This document shows, one piece after another, positions 8,060 to 17,354 of a stretch of DNA of 64,000 nucleotides (position 1 is the stretch's first letter; each line of letters begins with the position of its first letter). The stretch is from Deltaproteobacteria bacterium (lineage in GTDB: Bacteria; Desulfobacterota; Binatia; UTPRO1): NCBI GenBank assembly GCA_020852955.1, contig JADYZW010000054.1, positions 11,139-75,138 on the forward strand, written 5' to 3'. Below the pieces are notes generated by a model that worked only from the letters and a program-made list of their open reading frames with translations, was not told the origin of the DNA and ran no database searches. Made by a program: the position numbers and the translations under genes.

Positions 8060-10447
8060 ATGAGCGCGTTCGAGCGCTACATCGGCTGGATCGTCCGCCA
8101 TCGCCTCCTCGTCGTCCTGGCGATGCTCGCCGCGACGGCCTTCTGGGCGTCACAGCTCCCGGCGCTACACGTCGAGATCGATCCGGACGCGAACCTGCCG
8201 CAAGACCACCCCTACATCCGGGCGCTGAAGACGCTGGAGCGGACGTTCGGGGAGAAGAACCTGATCGTGGTCGGGCTGTTCCCGAAGGACGGGAACATCT
8301 ACACCCCGGCGTTCCTCGCGAAGGTCCAGCGCATCACACGCCGTATCGGCGACGTGCACGGCCTGATTCGTTCGACCTATCTCAGCCTCGCCTCGCCGCT
8401 CGTCAAAGCGATCGAGGGCGACGGCGAGTCCATGCTGGTCCGGCAGGCCCTCGAAGCGGCGCCCGCCACACCCGCGGCCGTCGCCGAGGTGCGGCGCCGG
8501 ATCCATGCCAACCCCTTCTACGTCGGCACCGTCGTGTCCGCGGACGACACCGCAACGGCCATCATCGCGAACTTCAAATTGAGCTCGGAGCTTCCCGGCT
8601 ACCCGGAGGTCGAGCAACGGGTGTCGCAGATCGTCGCCGAGGAGAACGACGGAACGTTCGACGTATACCTCGGAGGCACGGTGGCGCTGAACGCGGGCCT
8701 CGCGCGCATCACCGAGCGCACCGTCGTGCTGTTCCCGATCGCGCTCCTCATGATCGCCCTGCTCCATTACGAGGCTTTTCGAACCGTGCAGGGGATGGTG
8801 CTGCCCGTGCTGACCGCCATCCTGGCGGTCGTCTGGAGCCTCGGCTTGATGGGTTTTCTGCGCATTCCCCTGGATCCGTTCAACACGACGACGCCGATTC
8901 TCATCCTCGCCGTCGCGGCGGGGCACGCCGTGCAGATCCTCAAGCGGTACTACGAGGAGTTCGAGCGCTACCGCGACGCCCACGTCGCCGTCCGCGTCGC
9001 CGTCGCGCGCGTGGGCCCGGTCATGCTCACCGCCGGCACGATCGCCGCTCTGTCGTTCTTCTCGCTGATCGCCTTCCGGACGGCCGTGATCCGCAACTTC
9101 GGGCTCCTCGCGGGCTTCGGCATCCTCGCGACGCTGGTGATCGAGTTGACCCTCACGCCGGCGCTGCGCGCGCTGCTGCCGGCGCCGAAGCGCGACGAGA
9201 TCGCGCGCGAAGCGCGCAGCGGTCGCGCCATCTCCTGGGCGCTCGGCCGGCTCGCGACGTTCGTCGCCGGGCATCCCGGCGCCATCGTGGCGACCTCCGG
9301 GATCGTCGTGGTGGTCGCCCTGGCCGGCGCCCTGCGGATCCACGTCGACACGACGTTCAAGCGCCAGTTCCCGCGCTCGCACCCGGTTCGCGTCGCGGAC
9401 GATATCCTCGGACGCGCCTTCAGCGGTACGAACACCCTCGTATTCCTGGTCGAAGGACCGCGGGACGGCGCCCTTCACGATCCGGCGGCGTTGACGGCGA
9501 TCGCGGACCTCCAGCGTTTCGTCGAGCGCGATCGGGACGTCGGCAAGACCCTCTCGATCGTCGACTACCTGAGCGAGATGCACCGCGCGATGACCGGCGC
9601 CCCGGCCGGCGGCGTGACCGTTCCGCCGTCCGCCGACCTGATCGGCCAGTACCTGTTCCTGTACTCGATGTCCGGCGAGCCGGAGGACCTGAACAGCCAG
9701 ATCGACGTGGAACATCGACGCGCCGCCGTGCGCGTCTTCCTGCGGAACGACTCGACCGAGTACGGGGAGCATCTGCTCGAACGAGTCCGCGCCGAGGTCG
9801 CGCGCACCTTCCCGCCGGATTTCACGGTGCGCTACTCGGGAACGATCGCTTCCAGCGCCGCGCTCACGGAGGCGATGGTCCGCGGCAAGGTGCTCAACAT
9901 GGCGCAGATCGGCGCGATCATCATTCTGGTGTCGGGGCTCGTTCTTCGCTCCGCGATCGGCGGCCTGATGGTGGCCATGCCGCTGGCGTTGGCCGTCCTG
10001 GTCAACTTCGGCGTGATGGGGCTCGTCGGCATCCCGCTCGACGTCATCACCTCCCCGATCGCCGCGATGGCGGTCGGCATCGGCTCGGACTACGCCGTGT
10101 ACTTCCTGTTCCGCTTCCGCGAGGAGCTCGCCACGAGCCGCACGCACGCCCTGGCGCTCGCGAGCACCATGCAATCGTCGGGAAAGGCGATCGTCTACGT
10201 GTCGTCGGCCATCGCGGGCGGCTATCTCGTCCTCTGCGTTTCCGGATTCGTGTTCCACATCGAGCTCGGGGCGCTCGTCGCGCTCGCGATGGTCGTTTCC
10301 AGCCTGGGAGCGATCACGCTGCTCCCGGCGCTCGCGCTCCTCGCGCGACCCGCGTTCCTCTTCGGGCGAGAAGCCTCGACCGCGCCGATCGACCGATCCG
10401 CCGGCGCCCTAGGCGAGGGGCAGCGCTACCCGGAACGTCGCGCCTGA
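8060..10447 (+). CDS. MMPL/RND-superfamily exporter (HpnN-like lipid transporter architecture, 2 x (TM + periplasmic domain + 5 TM))
   Basis: ATG at 8060. MSAFERYIGWIVRHRLLVVLAMLAATAFW.. plus two SSD-like TM bundles. The upstream 7082-8059 of the track ORF is R/P-rich junk antisense to the 7457-7906 gene. Confidence 0.85.
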   Translation: MSAFERYIGWIVRHRLLVVLAMLAATAFWASQLPALHVEIDPDANLPQDHPYIRALKTLERTFGEKNLIVVGLFPKDGNIYTPAFLAKVQRITRRIGDVHGLIRSTYLSLASPLVKAIEGDGESMLVRQALEAAPATPAAVAEVRRRIHANPFYVGTVVSADDTATAIIANFKLSSELPGYPEVEQRVSQIVAEENDGTFDVYLGGTVALNAGLARITERTVVLFPIALLMIALLHYEAFRTVQGMVLPVLTAILAVVWSLGLMGFLRIPLDPFNTTTPILILAVAAGHAVQILKRYYEEFERYRDAHVAVRVAVARVGPVMLTAGTIAALSFFSLIAFRTAVIRNFGLLAGFGILATLVIELTLTPALRALLPAPKRDEIAREARSGRAISWALGRLATFVAGHPGAIVATSGIVVVVALAGALRIHVDTTFKRQFPRSHPVRVADDILGRAFSGTNTLVFLVEGPRDGALHDPAALTAIADLQRFVERDRDVGKTLSIVDYLSEMHRAMTGAPAGGVTVPPSADLIGQYLFLYSMSGEPEDLNSQIDVEHRRAAVRVFLRNDSTEYGEHLLERVRAEVARTFPPDFTVRYSGTIASSAALTEAMVRGKVLNMAQIGAIIILVSGLVLRSAIGGLMVAMPLALAVLVNFGVMGLVGIPLDVITSPIAAMAVGIGSDYAVYFLFRFREELATSRTHALALASTMQSSGKAIVYVSSAIAGGYLVLCVSGFVFHIELGALVALAMVVSSLGAITLLPALALLARPAFLFGREASTAPIDRSAGALGEGQRYPERRA

Positions 10448-11488
10448 GGCCTCGGGCACGAGCGACAGCTCGATGTTCTGAAGGTCGGCGATCCGGGCGG
10501 CGACGAACAGGCCCATGCCGAGCCCATGCACGGCGGTCGTGAAGAACGGCTCGAAGATCCGCGCCCGATGCTCCGGCGGAACACCCGGACCGCGGTCCCG
10601 CACGGTGGCGACCAGTCGGTTCGCAGAGGCGTCGTGCACCGCCTCGACCTCGATCTCGGCTCCTTCCGGAGAGAAGCGCACCGCGTTCTGGAGCAGGGTC
10701 TGGAACAGACAGGCGGCGGCCTCGCGATGCACCCGGATCTCCGGCAGCACCGGCGGCAGTCGCCGGCGACAGACGAGCCCCTTCGCCTTGAGCTCGTCGG
10801 CCACCCCCTCTTCCGCGATGCCCAGGATCTCGTCGAAGCGATGGGTGTCACGGCCTTCCGGCGGCACCGTCGCGGCGCGGATGATGTCGAGGACGAGGTT
10901 CCGAATCCGTTCGGCGTCCGCCACCGCCATCGCGAGGTATCGCTCGCGGAACTCCGGATCGCCGAAGTGCGTCGGCACCAGCTGCAGGAAGGTCCGGATC
11001 GTCGCGAGGGGATTGTTGATGTGATGGGCCAATCCCGAGGCGAGGTACCCGAGCGTCGCCGCCCGCTCGGCGCGGAGCAACCGGTCTTCGAGCACCCGCC
11101 GCTCGTCCGCCAGCCGATAGCGATCGAGCACCTCGGAGATCGCGTACGGCAGGGTCGCGAGATATCCCTCTTCCTTGACGATATAGTCGTCCGCGCCGAG
11201 CTTCATCGCCTCGACGGCGACCTTCGCCGACGTCGCCGTCGTCACGACGAGCGTCGGCGCCCGCATCCCCGAAGAACGGATCTCGCGCAGCAGCTCCAGG
11301 CCGTCGCCGTCCGGAAGCCAATAGTCCAGGACGTACAGATCGTAGCGGCGCGACGCCATGCGCCGTCGCGCCTCCGCCATCGTACCGACCACGTCCAGCG
11401 TCCAGGCGGCGAGCACCACGGCCAGCTCGTCGCTGATGAGCACGGCATGCGAGCCGTTGTCCTCGACGACCAGCGCCGCTTTGCTCAT
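10409..11488 (-). CDS. Hybrid sensor kinase: N-terminal receiver (REC) + HisKA + HATPase_c, cytoplasmic (paralog A)
   Basis: REC: VEDN..DLYVLDYWLPDGDG..TTATS..YIVK. H-box LAHHINNPL. N-box LLQNAVRFS. DRGPGVP and GLGMGLF. Start chosen by analogy with paralog B (MSKAAL / MSQAAL). Confidence 0.85.
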   Translation of the reverse strand: MSKAALVVEDNGSHAVLISDELAVVLAAWTLDVVGTMAEARRRMASRRYDLYVLDYWLPDGDGLELLREIRSSGMRAPTLVVTTATSAKVAVEAMKLGADDYIVKEEGYLATLPYAISEVLDRYRLADERRVLEDRLLRAERAATLGYLASGLAHHINNPLATIRTFLQLVPTHFGDPEFRERYLAMAVADAERIRNLVLDIIRAATVPPEGRDTHRFDEILGIAEEGVADELKAKGLVCRRRLPPVLPEIRVHREAAACLFQTLLQNAVRFSPEGAEIEVEAVHDASANRLVATVRDRGPGVPPEHRARIFEPFFTTAVHGLGMGLFVAARIADLQNIELSLVPEASGATFRVALPLA

Positions 11489-11581
11489 GGGCGTCTCTCG
11501 CTCTTTCACCGCTCGCGGACGCTACACGGCGACCGCGGCGCCCTCAAGGCGCCGCACCTCCCGCGCATCACGCGGCATGGT

Positions 11582-12709
11582 CTAGACCGCCGCGGCGATC
11601 GGCGCCTGCTCGCCGGCCTCCGCGACCTCTTCCTTGAAACCCACCCGGAACACGGCGCCGCCGTGCGCCGGGGTCGGCATCAACTGCAGCTCGATGTCTT
11701 GGAGATCGGCGATCCGCGAGGCGACGAACAGTCCCATCCCCAGGCCATCGACCGCCGTCGTGAAGAACGGCTCGAAGATCTTGTCGCGGTTCTCGGTCGG
11801 CACACCGGCGCCGCGGTCCCGCACCTCGACCACGACGCGCTGCGAAGCCGCGTCCCGGTGCGCCGCGATCTCGATCTCCGATCCCTCCGGGGAGAATCGC
11901 ACCGCGTTCTGCAGCAACGTCAGCAGGAGGCACGTCGCCGCCTCGCCGTGCACCCGCACGGCGGGCAAGGCGGCGTCGATGCGCTGCTTGAGCACGATGG
12001 CGCGCTTCTGCATCTCGCCCGCCACGCCGTTCTCGGCGTGGGCGATCAGCTCGTCCAGCCGCCGCACCTCGTGCCCCTGCTGCGGAACCGTCGCGGCGCG
12101 CATGATGTCCTTCACGAGATCCCGAATGCGCTCGCTCTCGGCGAGCGCCATCTCGAGATACTTCGTGCGGAACTCGGCGTCCTCGATATTGCTCGGCAGC
12201 AGCTGAAGAAACGTCCGAATGGTCGCCAGCGGATTGTTGATGTGGTGCGCGAGGCCGGACGCGAGATAGCCCAGCGTCGCCGCGCGTTCGGCCCGCTGAA
12301 GGCGTTCTTCGAGGAGCTGCCGCTCCGACGCGAGTTGGCGGCGCTTGAGCACCTCCTGCACCAGGTACGGCAGGACGGCCAGATATCCCTCCTCCTTCAC
12401 GAGATAGTCGTCCGCGCCGAGCTTCATGGCGTCGACCGCGAGCTTCGCGGACGACGCCGTCGTCACGAAGATCGTCGGCGTGACGATGCCCCGCGCGCGG
12501 ACCTCCCGGAGGAGCTCGATGCCGTCGCCGTCCGGCAACCGGAAGTCGAAGACGAAGAGATCGTACGTCCGGCTCGCGATCTTCGCGCGCGCCTCCGCCA
12601 ACGTCGGCACCTGATCGAGCGTCCACCCCTCGAGGGCCAGCTCCAGTTCGTCGGCGATCAGCTCGGCATGCGAGCTGTTGTCTTCCACGAGCAAGGCTGC
12701 CTGGCTCAT
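11582..12709 (-). CDS. Hybrid sensor kinase REC + HisKA + HATPase_c (paralog B, tandem duplicate of 10409-11488)
   Basis: Same architecture as paralog A. It shares the identical stretch RAERAATLGYLASGLAHHINNPLATIRTFLQL. The start ATG overlaps the stop of the upstream kinase (ATGA at 12706-12709). Confidence 0.85.
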   Translation of the reverse strand: MSQAALLVEDNSSHAELIADELELALEGWTLDQVPTLAEARAKIASRTYDLFVFDFRLPDGDGIELLREVRARGIVTPTIFVTTASSAKLAVDAMKLGADDYLVKEEGYLAVLPYLVQEVLKRRQLASERQLLEERLQRAERAATLGYLASGLAHHINNPLATIRTFLQLLPSNIEDAEFRTKYLEMALAESERIRDLVKDIMRAATVPQQGHEVRRLDELIAHAENGVAGEMQKRAIVLKQRIDAALPAVRVHGEAATCLLLTLLQNAVRFSPEGSEIEIAAHRDAASQRVVVEVRDRGAGVPTENRDKIFEPFFTTAVDGLGMGLFVASRIADLQDIELQLMPTPAHGGAVFRVGFKEEVAEAGEQAPIAAAV

Positions 12710-14148
12710 GCGCTATCCCTCACTTCCTCTGCGATATGTTCCATCTCACGCGGAAAGCTCAACCGGAAGGTCGCGCCTTCCCCCAGCACGGACTCCACCC
12801 AGATCCGCCCGCCGTAGCGCTGCACGATGCGTTTCACCACGGCGAGGCCGATACCGTGCCCCTGCTGTTCGACGCCGGCCACCGTCTGATTGGGCGCGCG
12901 GTGATACAGCTGAAAGATCCGGCCCATCTGGGACGGCTCGATCCCGACTCCGTTGTCGCGCACCACGTACTCGATGGCGCCGTCCGTCACGAAGCCGCCG
13001 ACCTCGACGGTCGGGTTCGGCTTGTCGCCCACGTACTTGCACGCGTTCGACACGAGGTTCTCGAACACGTGGTACAGCTTCTGCTCCTCCGCCAGCAGCG
13101 GCGGCAGGTCCCCGATCCGGACGTCGATCCGCTTGCTCTCGACGGCGGCATGCGCGCGCTCGACGGCCTCCTGAACGACGGCTTGCACGTGCACGAGTTC
13201 CCGCCGTTCCGCGACCTCCGACTGGGTCACGACCTCGAGGAGATTGCGCAGCATCGTCGCCATCAAGCGACAATCGCGCTGGACCCGTTCCACGTAACGC
13301 TGGCCGCGCGGCGAGAAGCTCGCGCCGTCGACCTCGCGCAGCTTACGAATCGTTTCCGTGCTCGCCACCGCGACGTTTTGCAGATCGTGGGTCACGATGT
13401 GCACGAGCTCCTCGAGCTCCGCCGTGCGCTCCTGCAACTCGAGCGTCCGCGACTCCAGCTCTCGCGTCCGCTCGCGCACGCGCTGCTCGAGCGACCGATT
13501 TTGCTCTTCGACGATGCCCTTGGTGGTCGCCAGCTCCTCGTTCGCGCGCCGCAGGAGCTCCGAGAGGGTCCCCGCGAGATAGGCGAAGACGAAGAACGTG
13601 ACGCCCGAAATGCCGACGATGAAGATCCGGAGCGTGGGCGCGTAATGATGGTGCCAAATGCCGGCCCGCTGCGGCAGCCACCCCTGGATCTCCGCGAGAC
13701 CGAGCAGGCCGTACGCGATGGTCGCACCCGTCGCCAACCGAAACGATGCCCGCTGCGACACGAAGATCGCCGCGGTGAGGATGATGGTCATGTAGGTGAA
13801 CTGCACGAGCGGCACGTCGATGCCGCCGAGGAAGTAGATGCTGGCGGTGATCGCGACGAGGTCGAATGCCCAGTGCAGATAGAAGTACGACAGCGCGAAG
13901 CCCGTCCGCCGACCGAGGAGCCAGTAGGGAATGTTGATCAGCGCCATGAGCGAGAGAATCACGACCACGGGCGCGCTCTGGCCCCACGCGAGTCCGACGT
14001 TGAAATAGGCGGCGACGGCGAAGAACGACGCGAAGACGAGCGCGCCGACCGCCCGCGTCAAGAGGCCCTCGATGTATCGGTGACGTAGATTCAGGGCTGC
14101 CGTCGACGCGTCGAGACCCATGCGCTGCTCCACACCCCCCCGACCCAA
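12706..14148 (-). CDS. Membrane histidine kinase (about 6 TM membrane-embedded sensor, coiled coil, HisKA, HATPase_c)
   Basis: Hydrophobic N-terminal half, heptad-rich EEQNRSLEQRVRERTRELESRTLELQERTAELEEL, H-box VTHDLQN, DNGVGI, GHGIGLAVV. The start may instead be the second Met (14121). Confidence 0.85.
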   Translation of the reverse strand: MGRGGVEQRMGLDASTAALNLRHRYIEGLLTRAVGALVFASFFAVAAYFNVGLAWGQSAPVVVILSLMALINIPYWLLGRRTGFALSYFYLHWAFDLVAITASIYFLGGIDVPLVQFTYMTIILTAAIFVSQRASFRLATGATIAYGLLGLAEIQGWLPQRAGIWHHHYAPTLRIFIVGISGVTFFVFAYLAGTLSELLRRANEELATTKGIVEEQNRSLEQRVRERTRELESRTLELQERTAELEELVHIVTHDLQNVAVASTETIRKLREVDGASFSPRGQRYVERVQRDCRLMATMLRNLLEVVTQSEVAERRELVHVQAVVQEAVERAHAAVESKRIDVRIGDLPPLLAEEQKLYHVFENLVSNACKYVGDKPNPTVEVGGFVTDGAIEYVVRDNGVGIEPSQMGRIFQLYHRAPNQTVAGVEQQGHGIGLAVVKRIVQRYGGRIWVESVLGEGATFRLSFPREMEHIAEEVRDSA

Positions 14149-14237
14149 GGTATACGGCGCCGAGCGCTCCGCTCAATGCGGAATCGTCAGGGCCGCGCCC
14201 AAGTCGCATGTCACTTCACACGCGCGGCCGATCGGAA

Positions 14238-14999
14238 TCAGCCCGAACGAGCCGCGGCGCGAGCGACGGCGGACAACGCGTCGATCGTGCCCTTCAACTC
14301 GGCGGCGACCGCGCGGCGATCGGCGGCGCGTCCGATGCGCAGCTCGTCTCCCATCGCGACGACCAGCCGGCCCTTCGGCACCGGGACGCGCACGCGCGAC
14401 TGCGGCGCGAAGCTCAGCGCGGGCGACAGCGCCGCGGCCATCGGAACGATGGTCGCCCCGAGCGATGCCGCCAGCGCCACGACGCCCGTGCCGACCTCCC
14501 GATACGGGCCGCCGCCATCGACGGGGAACGCGCAGCCGTCGCCAGCGCGGATCACCTCGTACACGCCGTGCATCCGCTCCGGAGCGCCGGACGGCGGGAG
14601 CACCGTGAAGCGGCCCCCGAGGCTGCCGATGATCGCGGCACTCGCGCGTCCGGCCAGCGTATCGTCGACGATGCAGCGCAGCTCCCGCATCCATCGCAGG
14701 AAGCCGTCGTGCACGAGCGCGAGGGTCGCAACGCCGAGCGCATCGGCGATGTAGTAGCTCAGGAGCGCCGGCGTCTCGCGGCGGCGCATGGCCGCCAAGC
14801 GCGGATCGACGTCGCCACCGTCGAGGGGCCGCCCGCCGCGATCCACCCAGCTCCAGGACACGGAACGCGCGACGAGACGCAGGTACGCGAGCACCGCGCG
14901 CGCCAGGACGGTCTCGGCGCCCCCGATGCGGAACGTCGACGGCACGCCGCGCTCGCGCAGACGCGCCGGCTGACGGAGCGGGCTCGCAGGACTCGCCAC
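14238..14999 (-). CDS. Divergent DUF374-like / LPLAT-superfamily acyltransferase-like protein
   Basis: C-terminal half resembles DUF374 (..FPVDGGGPYREVGTGVVALAASLGATIVP..). I could not find the usual N-terminal conserved His motif, so the call is tentative. Confidence 0.45.
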   Translation of the reverse strand: MASPASPLRQPARLRERGVPSTFRIGGAETVLARAVLAYLRLVARSVSWSWVDRGGRPLDGGDVDPRLAAMRRRETPALLSYYIADALGVATLALVHDGFLRWMRELRCIVDDTLAGRASAAIIGSLGGRFTVLPPSGAPERMHGVYEVIRAGDGCAFPVDGGGPYREVGTGVVALAASLGATIVPMAAALSPALSFAPQSRVRVPVPKGRLVVAMGDELRIGRAADRRAVAAELKGTIDALSAVARAAARSG

Positions 15000-15008
15000 G
15001 GGACGATC

Positions 15009-15263
15009 TCAGCTCGCTCGGGAGAGGTCGACGTACTGACGCACCAACGCCTCGACGTCGGCGACGGTCGAGACGGGCGCGAGCTCCGTCACGTCGATGG
15101 CCTCGATGCCGAACGTCTCCTCGGCCGCGAAGAGGATGTTGAGCGCGGCCACGGAATCCATGCCGAGATCCTGCCGCAGCCGCGCGGTGGGGACGACCCT
15201 CTCCACCTCGTGCTGGAGCTCGACGGCGATGATGCCTCGGACCTTACGACTCAGGCTGTCCAC
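15009..15263 (-). CDS. Acyl carrier protein (dedicated, non-housekeeping context)
   Basis: 84 aa with LRQDLGMDSVAALNILFAAEETFG (phosphopantetheine Ser in the DS motif). Overlaps the 3' end of the KAS gene by 20 nt. Confidence 0.8.
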   Translation of the reverse strand: MDSLSRKVRGIIAVELQHEVERVVPTARLRQDLGMDSVAALNILFAAEETFGIEAIDVTELAPVSTVADVEALVRQYVDLSRAS

Positions 15264-16506
15264 GACGATCTCCTCCCGCCTCGTACCGCCGCACCACGAG
15301 GGCCGCGTTTCTGGATCCGAATCCGAACGACGTCGAGAGGACCACGCGTGGCGCGAGGGCGCGGGCGCCCTCGGTCACGTAGTCGAGGTCGCACTCGGGA
15401 TCCGGCTCGACGACGTTGATGGTGGGTGGCACGACGCCCGCGTGGATGCTCAACGTCGAGAGGATGAGCTCGACCGCGGCGGCGGCGCCGATCATGTGGC
15501 CCAGCATCGACTTCGACGAGCTCACGGGGATCCGATAGGCGTGCTCTCCCAAGGCCTGCTTCAAGATCGACGTCTCGACGGCGTCGTTCTTGGCGGTGCC
15601 GGTCCCGTGCGCGTTGACGTAGTCGATCTCGGCGGGACGGACACCGGCGTGCCGCAGCGCCTGCTCGACCGCGCGCGCACCTTGTCGGCCGTCCGGCGCC
15701 GGGTGCAGGTGATGATGCGCGTCGGAGTTCGCGCCGAACCCGGCGAGCTCCGCGTAGACGCGCGCTCCCCGCTCGCGGGCGACCTCCTCCGCCTCGAGCA
15801 CTACGGCGCCCGCCCCCTCCGACAGCACGAACCCCGAGCGATCGCGCGAGAACGGACGCGACGCCCGCGCCGGCGGATCGTTCAAGCGCGACACGACCTG
15901 CAAACGATCGAACGAGTGGAAGAGCAGCGGGAAGATCGGCGCGTCGCTCCCGCCGACGATCGCGGCGTCGAGCACCCCGCCCGCGATGAGGCCGAGCGCG
16001 AGGCCCGCCGCGTCCGCGCCGGCCGTGCAGGCCGTCGAGATCGCGTACGTCGGCCCGCGCAGCCCGAGCGCGATCGCGACCTCGGCGGGCAGGCTCCCCG
16101 GGTACTGGAGCGGACACATCGGGTGCACGCGCTCGATGCCCCGCTCGTCGAACGTGAGCCCGTCGCTGATGTTCCGACTGATCGCGCCGACCGCGCTCCC
16201 GAGGCACACCCCGACGCGATCGCGGTCGAGCGCGTCCCCGACGCGCGCATCCTCCCACGCCATGCGCGCGGCGGCGAAGCCGAAATGGAGGCAGCGCGAG
16301 AAGGCCTGCACCTCGCGGCGCGCGAGAAAGTCGTCGGCGCGGAAGTCGGGAATCTCGCCGGCGACCCGGCTGTGACATGCGCGCGCGTCGAACGCGGTGA
16401 TCGGCTTGGTCCCCGAACGCCCGTGGACGACCGCATCCCAGGTCTCTTCGACGCCGATGCCGCACGGAGTGAGGCAACCGAGGCCGGTAATGACAACTCG
16501 CCGCAA
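15244..16506 (-). CDS. Beta-ketoacyl-ACP synthase (KAS I/II, FabF-like)
   Basis: MRRVVITGLGCLTP.., active-site region AISTACTAG, HGTGT.., SSSKSMLGHMIGAAAAVE.., NSFGFGSRNAALV-type C-terminus. Confidence 0.9.
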   Translation of the reverse strand: MRRVVITGLGCLTPCGIGVEETWDAVVHGRSGTKPITAFDARACHSRVAGEIPDFRADDFLARREVQAFSRCLHFGFAAARMAWEDARVGDALDRDRVGVCLGSAVGAISRNISDGLTFDERGIERVHPMCPLQYPGSLPAEVAIALGLRGPTYAISTACTAGADAAGLALGLIAGGVLDAAIVGGSDAPIFPLLFHSFDRLQVVSRLNDPPARASRPFSRDRSGFVLSEGAGAVVLEAEEVARERGARVYAELAGFGANSDAHHHLHPAPDGRQGARAVEQALRHAGVRPAEIDYVNAHGTGTAKNDAVETSILKQALGEHAYRIPVSSSKSMLGHMIGAAAAVELILSTLSIHAGVVPPTINVVEPDPECDLDYVTEGARALAPRVVLSTSFGFGSRNAALVVRRYEAGGDRRGQPES

Positions 16507-16711
16507 GCGCGAAACGCCACTTTCTCCGGGGGGTGGCGCAACCTAGCGCACGCGCGCGCGCCCACGCAAGGTTCCAAGCGACTCCTGCGGAAAGTGGCAC
16601 GGCGCACCGCACGGCGTCCGGGACGCACGCCCGCCTCCGCCGCCGCAAGCGCTATCCCTTGTGTCGTGCCACGGCGCCGCACACCAGGCGCCGCTCCGCG
16701 GCGTGCCGCGC

Positions 16712-17230
16712 TCAGGCGCCGCCGATGCGGCGCAGCTGTCCGGGGGTCAGGAAGAACTCGAGCGTGCCCGCGGAGCGCGGCGGCAGCGTCGCGACCACGA
16801 TGCCGGCGAGCCCGGCCTTGCGGAACCCCATGCGAACGAGCCCCGGCGTGCCGGCGAGAAGCGTCGACGCGAGCGCGGCAAGATCCGGCTCGTGCCCGAC
16901 CAGCACGACGCCGCTCGGACGGCCGACGCCGGCGAGCGCGGCGAGCGCGGCGTCGGGTCCGGCGCCCGGCTCGAGCGCGCACGACACGTCGACGTCTCCA
17001 TCGAGCCCGTAGCCCTCGGCGACGATCTCGGCGGTCTCGCGCGCGCGGCGCAGCGGACTCGACACCACGCGCTCCACCGGCAGCTCGAGCGCCCGCATGC
17101 CCGCGACCACGTCCCGAAGCTTGCGCTTCCCTTCGCCGGTCAATCGACGATCCTGATCGCGGCCGGTATCGCTGCGATCCTCCGCGATCGCGTGCCGCAG
17201 CAGCATGAGGAGATGCGGGGCTCCCGCCAT
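16712..17230 (-). CDS. sixA: Phosphohistidine phosphatase SixA-like (histidine phosphatase superfamily)
   Basis: ATG at 17230. LMLLRHAIAEDR (RHG-type motif), SSPLRRARETAE, LVGHEPDL. The upstream part of the 326-aa track ORF is low-complexity junk. Confidence 0.75.
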   Translation of the reverse strand: MAGAPHLLMLLRHAIAEDRSDTGRDQDRRLTGEGKRKLRDVVAGMRALELPVERVVSSPLRRARETAEIVAEGYGLDGDVDVSCALEPGAGPDAALAALAGVGRPSGVVLVGHEPDLAALASTLLAGTPGLVRMGFRKAGLAGIVVATLPPRSAGTLEFFLTPGQLRRIGGA

Positions 17231-17354
17231 GGGCCGGCACTCGCAGATCGCCGGGCGCGAGGCAACCGGGGCGCGTTGACTTGCCGGCGCGGCGGACGCC
17301 AGTGTCCTCCATGGACGCATCGCGCCGCCCGTCGAGCCGCACGAGGAGCCGCCG

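Noticed and set aside
10526-12817. 763-aa plus-strand ORF spanning both REC-kinase genes
   Set aside because: It is antisense to two genes with unambiguous kinase motifs. The sequence is R/H/E/D-rich with no family features.
16590-16690. TGGCAC-containing motifs (GTGGCACGGCGCACCGCAC and GTGCCACGGCGCCGCAC) upstream of the KAS gene, considered as a sigma-54 promoter
   Set aside because: On the relevant (minus) strand, TGGCACGACACAAGGGA lacks the -12 GC at the correct spacing. The plus-strand copy points into the antisense of sixA and its GC is off by one. Such strings are expected by chance at this GC content.
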